From: Neocallimastix sp. 'constans'
Lineage: Eukaryota
DNA length: 64,000 bases
Assembly: GCA_050613775.1 (NCBI GenBank)
Contig: JBODTK010000001.1
Location: forward strand, 682,001-746,000
Reading direction: 5' to 3'
Shown here: positions 24,301-32,800 of the stretch, one piece after another
Layout of the letters: each line of letters starts with the position of its first letter
Position numbering within the stretch: position 1 is the first letter of the stretch
Position numbers and translations under genes: made by a program
Notes under the pieces: generated by a model
Told to the model about the DNA's origin: nothing
What the model saw: the letters and a program-made list of their open reading frames with translations, nothing else
The model's database searches: none

Positions 24301-25236
24301 AAGTATATCGAAGATATTTTTATCATTTTCAACAACTCTAAATACATCTTTAATTGTGGTATCCCCAATTTTGACATTCAATAGATAGAGTTCTGAATCC
24401 AATTTCTTCTCAGAGAAAATTTGTACAATATTATTATTTGTGTACCCCATTGGTACCAAGTTTTGTTTTTCTTTTATCCTTGTTAAGTAATTCTTTGTCA
24501 CCAAGTTTAAGCTAGCACAGGTATCCAAGAAAGCTATACCTTCAATCCCATAAACATAACATTTTATACTGGCGATATCACTTCTTGAAATAGTGGATAG
24601 AACTATTTCGTTTAGAGATTGTCCTTGAGTATTGCTGTCCTTTAGCTTAAGTAGTTTAACTAGTTCCGATCTAAGCTTAGGACTTATATCTAATAGCTGT
24701 GTGATGGAGATATTAGCTAGTTTGTTGTTTAAGTCATCAGAGATATCATAACTGTTCTTTCCTTCCATCAAGGCTATATGTTTTTCGGTAGATGTCCTTT
24801 TAGATTTGACTTCTTCAGCTTTATCACTAGGAAGTTTTCCTTTTGTTACTTCTTTAGATTGATCATCTCTTGATGGATGAGTACTTGTTTCAGTTTCTTC
24901 TATTATTTCTTTTTCTTTATCTAATTTGGTTTTTCTTTTCACGGACTTGATGGATGGCTGAGCTATCACAGAAAGGTCAATTTCTTCAAGCTTTTCTGTA
25001 GTAGTAGGTGTAGACACTGGTGATTCAAACTCCATAGTAGTATCCTGAGTATTTGTTGCAGCTTTTCCTTTCCTAGATTTTTCTTTTGAAGAGTATGGGG
25101 TTTCTGCCATACTATTATTCTTTTTCTTTCTTCTTACTACCGCTGCTAATATGTCATTATTTGGAACTAGTGGTAAATGGTTCTTTTCGTTGGTTTGATT
25201 AAAGGAAGTTTCCCTTCTTCCTTTTACCAGTTTAAA
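21385..25236 (-). CDS. pol: Element 3 Pol (PR-RT-RH-IN), expressed by -1 frameshift from gag
   Basis: ORF 21385-25110 is open upstream to the TTTAAAC slip site at 25230-25236; FLDTCAS, YIDD, TDAS, HHCC/DDE and LDPFFLGP motifs; no chromodomain. Confidence 0.95.
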   Translation of the reverse strand, partial: FKLVKGRRETSFNQTNEKNHLPLVPNNDILAAVVRRKKKNNSMAETPYSSKEKSRKGKAATNTQDTTMEFESPVSTPTTTEKLEEIDLSVIAQPSIKSVKRKTKLDKEKEIIEETETSTHPSRDDQSKEVTKGKLPSDKAEEVKSKRTSTEKHIALMEGKNSYDISDDLNNKLANISITQLLDISPKLRSELVKLLKLKDSNTQGQSLNEIVLSTISRSDIASIKCYVYGIEGIAFLDTCASLNLVTKNYLTRIKEKQNLVPMGYTNNNIVQIFSEKKLDSELYLLNVKIGDTTIKDVFRVVENDKNIFDILIGFNTLKDNKLFVHPIDNHLCKMLSEESWDRVSPLGTDEEESKESDDNENHNLTNNKDASSSYAFCLVNKVKDENYHDETDQIEEVKDGPLKKQELLNKVLDELPRKYRRKVNSLFHEFIIILAIKIDELQPTKLLPHTIQLIENAKPIKQKGYRLSKVQIQALKQEITKLIKNKLIEPSSSPWSSPVVLVLKKNKKWRMCVDYRKLNNVTIKDSYALPIIDSILFSIGRKVMVFTTIDLFSGFHQIPMNKEDIPKTTFTTMFGNYQFRVMPFGLCNAPGTFQREMNRIFFPLIGVCMFVYIDDLVIFSPSIEEHIQDLRKVFTIIKNNGLKINLEKCHFFKKKVELLGHILSVEGVAPIPGKTEIIHNWLPPKNITQLRSFLGAVGYYRKFIFNFAKMARPLYKLLKKGTDFEWNTEQENSFQELKDRLVKAPILIMPDFEKPFIIRTDASYDGIGGVLLQKEEDGKEKPIHFISRSLKPSEKNYSITDLEGTAAFYSVKKFKPYISSNNCSTILYTDHKPLVSLFTSKEPNNARQTRWVLLLSMLKVRVQYEPGKKNVIADALSRMPSIKSDILATTTVSVNSETDENNLLNLLKDKFTLINGEKFYKDNGMLRKVIDNPEEKVKLILKAHGIGHEGTFKTYNRLKRDYYWTNMIQDVKYMVRTCKTCQLFKPQTFNYQPEDTATKPGLPFTKVGLDIVGPLPVTQKGNQYIIVLVDYLTKWVEAEPTKNIESDDVIQFLSKVFARHGTPEILITDNGPQFCSDKTKAFLDLYGVYVHYITTYHPESNGEVENRNKEIGKYLRILCNRNTTIWDEMLPSALWAIRTCKNETTKFSSFELLYGRRDLQPFELTLNLDKKEEYESEEEFLISRFTKHYAWIKEAINNINTANKLWEDRRKQMKRMKAEYNPGDLVLVKLINRRKLDPFFLGPMKIVKKKFNTVTLCDPVTNEIAERNVHLKNIVPYRLCEV

Positions 25237-26096
25237 GACTTATTTTCTTTTTGAAGTTGGCCTTTTTCTTCCATCTCTGCTAATTCCCTGAAAGAGTAAG
25301 GACATTGGTTTAAGTAGTGTCCCACTTGACCACATTTATAGCATTTTCTATTATTTTGTTGATGTGTGTTTGAATTATCTTGGCGTCTTCTAGTCTGTTC
25401 TTGATTTGACTTCAGTTTATTTTCTTTTACATACCTATAATCGCTTCGGTCGTTATCCCTTGTGTTGTATTTTCGGTTACCAAAGCCCTTGAATGGATGA
25501 CCTCCGTAGTTGACTTTATAATAATAAGGTTGGTTGGATTGAAATGTTGCTAAAACAGTTTCAGGCTTACGTAGGAAGTTTTCTTCAGCCCTTTCGGCTA
25601 GTTCGGCTTCTTCGAAGGCATCCTCCAGATCATAACACCTTTGGGTGATTACTTGAGACCTTGCATAAGGTCTACTAGCAATGGATTCAATGTAATCGTC
25701 TACCGTAATGAAAGATTGGTATAGTTTGGAAAGACTATTATAAAGCTTTTTGTACCTCCAGTTAAAGTTTTGAATACTTTCACCCTTTCTGATTCTAAGT
25801 TTCTGGAGTCTCTTGCATTTTTCCTGGGGAGTAACTTCAAGTGCATCTTCTATAGCCTTTTTCATCTGGTCGATGGATGGATACTTCTTTCCCCCTTCTT
25901 CGTCGGTAGTTACTAAGTCTTGTAGTATACCTCTTAGTTTGCCTTCCACACATTCCATAGCCCAGGAATGTATGTTCATAGGTTCAGTGATGTTTGCTAG
26001 TCTCATGATCCTAGCAAATTCATCACCCCAAGAATCCACATCTCTTGCTGTTTCGTTTAGACGAGGTAGAATCTCTTCGAGTTCCCTGATCTTCAT
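25224..26096 (-). CDS. gag: Element 3 Gag
   Basis: 290-aa ORF with CYKCGQVGHYLNQC knuckle. Confidence 0.94.
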   Translation of the reverse strand: MKIRELEEILPRLNETARDVDSWGDEFARIMRLANITEPMNIHSWAMECVEGKLRGILQDLVTTDEEGGKKYPSIDQMKKAIEDALEVTPQEKCKRLQKLRIRKGESIQNFNWRYKKLYNSLSKLYQSFITVDDYIESIASRPYARSQVITQRCYDLEDAFEEAELAERAEENFLRKPETVLATFQSNQPYYYKVNYGGHPFKGFGNRKYNTRDNDRSDYRYVKENKLKSNQEQTRRRQDNSNTHQQNNRKCYKCGQVGHYLNQCPYSFRELAEMEEKGQLQKENKSLNW

Positions 26097-26230
26097 TTCT
26101 TTAGTTTTTTTTTTTTTTTCTGTTTTATTTTATTTGCTTTATTATTATTATTATTATTTCGTTTATAATATTTTATTTAATCTTCTTTCTTTTTTACTAT
26201 CTATTAATGTTTCATATTATTATACTTTCG

Positions 26231-26247
26231 TCCTGCATAGCTCGCCA
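26231..26247 (-). promoter_or_regulatory. Primer-binding site of element 3 (tRNA-Arg-like)
   Basis: Minus strand TGGCGAGCTATGCAGGA; 7 nt from the LTR. Isoacceptor assignment is by resemblance only. Confidence 0.68.
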
Positions 26248-26871
26248 GAAATTATGGTACAGGACTTTTGAAATTGATGGATGTATAATAATATATTGGT
26301 AAATAGATAGTAGACGTATAAAAATTACGAAAAACTTATACAATATTTATTTATTTATTTATTGATTATTTATTAATTTATTTATTTAAAAATTTATTTA
26401 ACTATATATTATTCATCCATTTATTTATTTGTTCATTTATTTATTTATTCCTCCATTACATAAAAAAAAGAAAAGAGAGAGATTTAAAATAATATTATTA
26501 CAAAATATTTTATAAATTTTGGTAATACATTGATTAGTTAAAAATAATTTTGTGTAACAATAAAATAATAATAAAATTTTAGATATGAATATTAATAATA
26601 AAAATAATAAAAAAATTTATAATATAAAATAAAATTTATCAAATGTATAATAAAAATATAATAAGAATATAATAAAATATTTATTTTATAGCAAAATATT
26701 AATAATTAATAATATATATATTTATATAATAATAAAGGAAATATTGATAAAGTTAATAAAGATAATAATTAATTAATAAAATAGATTTAAAACATATTTA
26801 TATGGAGAAATATTAAAATTATTATAATTTAAGGTATTTGGGTAAATACCGTATCAAAAATCTATAAACTT

Positions 26872-26943
26872 TCCGCACTGGTCCAGTGGCTAGGATTCCA
26901 CGCTCTCACCGTGGCGGCCGGGGTTCGATTCCCCGGTGCGGAG
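26872..26943 (+). tRNA. tRNA-Glu (anticodon CTC)
   Basis: Cloverleaf TCCGCAC/GTGCGGA acceptor, CCACG-CT-CTC-AC-CGTGG anticodon arm, CGGGG-TTCGATT-CCCCG T arm; A and B boxes; no intron. Confidence 0.96.
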
Positions 26944-26945
26944 TA

Positions 26946-26953
26946 TTTTTTTT
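26946..26953 (+). terminator. Pol III oligo-T terminator
   Basis: T8 run just after the tRNA discriminator base. Confidence 0.85.
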
Positions 26954-28170
26954 CCCAATGATATGGACTGCTTTTTCCAAGGTCCATTGAGAGTTGAAGG
27001 AAAAGGAATAGTCTATCTCAGGTGTACTATTTACAATTTTCTGTAATTATGATAATAATCGATAGATATCCATTCTTAGGTAGCTTCTAGTACGAAGAGT
27101 GTAAAATTGGAATACTAGAAGACTTTTGAAAGTGAACCTAATGTTTTTTTAAACCGGATATAGTAACATTGGTGTTGTGTAAATATATAAAATCATGTAA
27201 TTTCTACATATTATCATTGCAATGTATCTATTGTATTTTTTTTTTTTACTTTAGCATTATTTTGTATATAGTATTTTTCAATAGTATTATTTAAAATCTC
27301 ATGTAGCTATTGTAAAATGGAAATGTAGGAGATTGATTCACACCAAGGTTTGTGTTTAAGATTTTATTTAAAGGATTGGAATCTTTTTATTGTCTTTCCC
27401 AACTAAAAATTTATTTATCTTTGCATTTTAGTTTATACATGATTATTTATAGAAAATTATTATATTGCACTGTGATTTTTTTTAAAATCAAACAATTTAA
27501 AGATAAAAAAAAGCTCTTCATTAAGTATTCTGAATTTAGCATTGGCATCCGATTGGTACTTCGTGCTAGATGTGGATATGAATTCAATGATCATGTTGCC
27601 CAAGCCGTCAATAGGATTGAAAAAGACTGTCCAGAATGTTGTCCTTGTTGTTAAAGAAAAAAAATAAAGAAATCCTTGATTGGAACATTGGTTTTCCAAA
27701 TGCTATCTTTTTCGTGAATTTCAAATGAAATATTTTAAGGATATTAAAATTCTTTATTAAAAATATTTATAATTTCCATATATTGTCCAATATCAAATAG
27801 GAATGTAAACACTGTTATCACATATATGAATAATGTAGAATCAAGTACAGATTCTGATAGTAGTAACAAGGTATATAATATTAATAATAACAATAATAAA
27901 AGTAATATTGTTAATATTAGTAGAATTAGTGATAGTGAAAATTAGAATATAAATATTATTGATAGTGAAAATAATAGTATCATTACTAATAATGTAGTGA
28001 GTAGTTCAATTGGTGAAAATCGTATTAATTTAAGTAATTTTCTGAATAATGAGTGTGTAAATATATACGTGGCGTGGTACGGATTATATAACTTTCTTTT
28101 TGGTGGAAGAGATGCAGACATTATTGATTTAAATTATAATCTTGGAGGTGAGGTTCGTTGCCTATGAACT
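26954..28170 (+). mobile_element. Internally deleted, degenerate LINE (5' UTR joined to the ORF2 C-terminal Cys-rich region)
   Basis: 26954-27510 is homologous to 37812-38370; LRARCGYEFNDHVAQAVNRIEKDCPECCPCC matches LRARSGYRLD…CPNFCPCC of the LINE at ~53870. Confidence 0.75.
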
Positions 28171-28359
28171 TTTTTCTGAATTTATTTATATATTTTTAAT
28201 TTAAATATTACTTTTTACTTTGAGTTACTATTTTAAATAATATTATGTTTTAATTGGACAAATAATATTTATTTTTTTTATTAATTCTGTGTTTTTTTTT
28301 TTTAAAAATAAAAAATTCATATAATTAATAAAAGAATAAATAAATAAAGATAAAAGTTC

Positions 28360-28700
28360 TCAATAATTGCGGCTATAAAAAAAATAAACTATTTATCTAA
28401 TTCAAGATTAAGAAAAACAAATTAATGAATATATTTTTATATTACTTCTTGGTGGAACTTTTGCTTTAGATGAGTTATAATTCAAAACGGGAGAATAAAG
28501 ACATTTAAAAAGAACTTATATTTATTAAAGAGTTTTGGATCTAATGTTCCATATATAATTAGCCTTTCAGATTACCTTACCAAGAACAAAGAGTAGCTCT
28601 CTTTGAATTAATTGCTGATTGGTATAGTAAAAAACCATTCACAACCAAGAGAGTCAATATGGTAAAAAATAACCTTTATTATTAGTCCTATTAGTGCATT
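28360..28700 (+). mobile_element. LINE ORF2 3'-end remnant
   Basis: LLLGG-type segment and …ACAACCAAGAGAGTCAAT similar to the LINE C-terminus at 54340-54560. Confidence 0.45.
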
Positions 28701-29558
28701 TTACACTTATAATAATGATTGTACTTTACACAACAAATCTAAAGAAATTGAGTCTCCTAATAATATTACTCTTGTCTCTACATAATCTACTTTAGAGATG
28801 TTACTTCTTTGGTTATTCTATTTTTAAATATAAAGAATTCATGCAAAATATTTAATATTTTAGCAATTTATTTAGCTATGAATTATTACTTTAATCAATT
28901 GTTACTAAAAATGTAATTTAAAGTTTGGGCGTTTTTATTTTTTTTTTTATTATATTTTTTTTTAACTTCTACTAATTATTTCTTTAACAATTAAGTACTA
29001 TAAATCTTTAAAAAAATATTCCTATAATAAGATAAAAGATATATTCAGTCTTATCTTATATTATCTTTAAAGCCACTGAAATATAAATATAATTATTAAT
29101 AAGCTTAGTTATAATTGGTGATTAAATAAAATATACATATTCACTGATATATACTAAAATATTCTTTCATGAAAAATGTTTTAAATGTATTACATGAATG
29201 TATAAGCCATATTTTAAAATTTGTAAAAGCATATAAATAGTATTAAAAAGAAATACAACTTTTTTTCATATAAAATTTTATCATATTAATAAAAATATAA
29301 TGATTAATAAAATCCAAATTACTATCTCTTAATATTAATAAAAATAAATATATTTATATATATGTATATATATATATATATAATTAATTAAAATATTGTA
29401 TTACGTAAAATTTAAGGAAAAATATTATATATTTATTAATCTATAAGCCACATTTTAAATATAAAATGTATAATTTGTACTAAAAAATAAATTGATATTT
29501 TATAATAAATTATAATAAATTGACATTATAAAATTCCTGTCTTTTCATAATTCTTAAT

Positions 29559-29589
<31 letters not shown>

Positions 29590-29705
29590 TAAAAAAAAAA
29601 AAATGGGAAAGATCCTAAAATGGTATGGCTACTTAATACCAATAATTATTTTTTTTTTCTTTTTCGAATATCTATTATTTTTATTATCTATAATTATTTT
29701 AATTA

Positions 29706-29748
<43 letters not shown>

Positions 29749-30031
29749 TTTTAATTATATATTATTTTCTATTATTTTTATTCCTATTTTATTATTACAA
29801 TTACTATTTTTGTATAACTTTATTATTATTATAAATAATTCACACAAAGTAGTCTTTTTTTTTTATAAAAAAAAAAAAAAAATTACAAAATATTTTTATC
29901 AATTTCATATGTTTTTAATTTTTTAAATTTTATTTTATTTTTTATTTTTTTTTTTTTTTTTTATATTATTTGATTGTTATATAAAATTTAATAAAAAAAA
30001 CAAAAAAACAAAAAAAAAAAAAAAGAATTTA

Positions 30032-30087
<56 letters not shown>

Positions 30088-31974
30088 AAGGAATTATTAT
30101 TATTATTTATACTAATAATACAAATATTAAAATATATTAAAGTAAAATAAAAATAAAGTTTATAATATTTTAAAATCCTTTTTAAGACGTAAAATAAATG
30201 TTTATATTTACCTTTTTATTTTTTTTTTTTCATTTTATTATTATTATTTTAACATTCTCAAAGTTATTTTTCATATTTTTATATTATTCTTACCATTGAC
30301 TTTAATAAAATGGCATTTAATTATGTTTTTAATATAAATAAATAATATTTATTGTTAAACATTTTTAGTAGTAAGAATAATAATTATACTTATCTTTTGA
30401 TAATTATGATAATTGATATAATATAGTTTTATAAATCATTATTATGATAATTGATATAATATAGTTTTATCTTTTGATAATTATGATAATTGATATAATA
30501 TAGTTTTATAAATCATTAAAATATTTTAAATGATGTTAATATATAAATATTTTTTATTCTATATTATATTTGAATCAATACAAACTTATTTCCCTATTAT
30601 TTTATTTTAATTTCTATAATTTAATAATTAAAAATGGAATTTTCATTTTTTTTTTTTTTTTTTTTTTAATTTCTTTAATTTAATTAATAAAAATAAAATT
30701 AAACAATTACTATTATTTTTATTGCTATTTACTTTCAATTATTAAAATCAATATGAGAGGAATATAAAAAAATGAATATATAGTTAAATATATGTTTATT
30801 TAAATTCACAATTTTATTGTCTTGCAATGAAAATTTTGAAAATCCTTTATATTTATTAATTATATTTTATTAATTTAATAATATAGTTCTTATAATAGAA
30901 ATATATAAAATTAATTTTTTAATTATTAAATTTTTTATTATTATAATTATTATTATTATAATTATTATTATTAATATCTGGTATGGAATATCAATATTAT
31001 ATATTTAAAATCTAATATTTATTATAATCATTATTATTTCTATTTCATTTTATAATTATATACATACAATTTTCTAAATAAATATTTTTTTTATTATAAA
31101 CAATTTTTTTTAAAAAAAAATAATAATTATAAATAAAAATAAAAATATAAAATTAAAAACTTAATTATTATTAATTTTTTTTACTTTAGTAACTATTTTC
31201 ATTTTTTAGAATTATTTATAATTAATAATTAATTATTTTTAAAGTACTGGTAGGTTTGAAAATATAATTTTTTAAGAATTTTTTATATATGCTTCTTTTT
31301 TTTTTTTTTTTTTTTTTCCTTTTTATTAATTAAAAATTATCTTGGTAAATAAATATAGTTAATTAAATAAGATATAATAATAATAATAAAAAAGAAAAAG
31401 AAAAAGAAAAAGAAAAAGAGCAACTTTATATTAGTGTTTTAAACTTTTTTTTTTGTATCTCTTTAATTATATATTATTGTATTTTTTTTTTGTATCTCTT
31501 TAATTATATATTATTGTATTTTAAGGTATAAAAGATGTTGAATATATTTTCATATTTTTTTAATGGAAAAATAATTTTTATTTTTATTTAAGGTATTTAA
31601 AGTATTAAATATAACTATATTTTTATATTTAATGGAAAAATAATTCTTGATTTATAAAAATAATTATATCAACTTACTTTTTTTTTAATTTTTATTTCAT
31701 TCGTCTTTTTTATTTTTTCTTTATAAATAATAATATTTTTAAAAAAAAATTTTTTTTCTTTAATAATGCAGAGTTTAAAAAAAAAATTTTTTTAATGAAT
31801 TTTAAGCTTTTTTATATTTAATTATCATTATTTTAATATCCATTTTCAAAATATTTTTATTATACTGGATATAAAATGATTCAACTTTCAAAATTATGAT
31901 TTTTAATTTATTTTAATTTATAATTAATTTAATCTTTTTTTTTATATATATATATATTATTTTTGTGTATTTTT

Positions 31975-32800
31975 TTTTCTAAAAATTTATTTTTTTTATT
32001 TATTTTTTAATTTATTTTTAAATTTTTTTTTCTCAATATTTTAGATTTAATTTTTAATTTAAAATTACGAATTTATAGTTTTTGTTTAATTTTTTATTTT
32101 TTAATTTCTTTTGTGTTTAAAATTTTAAATTTGTGTATAAAACATAATTAAAAAATAAATATGAAAATATTATAAAAAAAAATTTTTTTGCTAATAATTA
32201 TAGATAGTTTTTCTCCATAAAAAAATTTTTTTTATTAATATTTTTTATATTGGATATAAACCTTATTTTTCTATTTTTTTTTTTTTTTCATATTGTTTTT
32301 ATATATATATATATGCATTTTAATTTTTAATTTTTTAATTTTTTAATTTTTTTATTTTTTTAATTTATTTTTAATTTTTTTAATTTATTTTTAATTTTTT
32401 TTTCTAAAAATTTATTTTTTTCATTTATTTTTTAATTTATTTTTAATTTTTTTTTCTCAATATTTTAAATATTTTAGATTTAATTTTTAATTTAAAATTA
32501 CGAAATTATAGTTTTTGTTTTATTTTTTCAATTTCTTTTGTGTTTAAAATTTTAAATTTGTGTATAAAATAAAAATAAAAAATTAAAAAATTAAAAAATT
32601 AAAAATTAAAATGCATATATATATATAAAAACAATATGAAAAAAAAAAAAAAATAGAAAAATAAGGTTTATATCCAATATAAAAAATATTAATAAAAAAA
32701 ATTTTTTTATGGAGAAAAACTATCTATAATAATAGTTCATATTAGCAAAAAAAAAATTTTTTTATGGAGAAAAACTATCTATAATAATAGATCATATTGG
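31975..32800. repeat. Interleaved direct and inverted duplications (foldback-like)
   Basis: About 31975-32150 recurs at 32402-32570; about 32198-32360 is inverted at 32580-32730. Confidence 0.7.

Larger units (their letters stand above)
20745..26856 (-). mobile_element. Intact Ty3/Gypsy LTR retrotransposon (element 3), apparently identical LTRs
   Basis: 602-bp LTRs 20745-21346 and 26255-26856, no differences seen by eye; AAAA TSD; PBS 26231-26247; open gag and pol. Confidence 0.97.

Noticed and set aside
20740..26861. 5-bp TSD for the stacked elements
   Set aside because: The 5-mers flanking element 3 (AAAAA and AAAAT) differ; only the 4-mer AAAA is duplicated. The AAAAC at 944-948 remains unexplained.
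29603..29926. Hydrophobic low-complexity ORFs (also 17520, 37355, 43560, 50439, 54082, 60506, 61956, 63030)
   Set aside because: Translations of AT microsatellites or antisense to Asn-rich exons.
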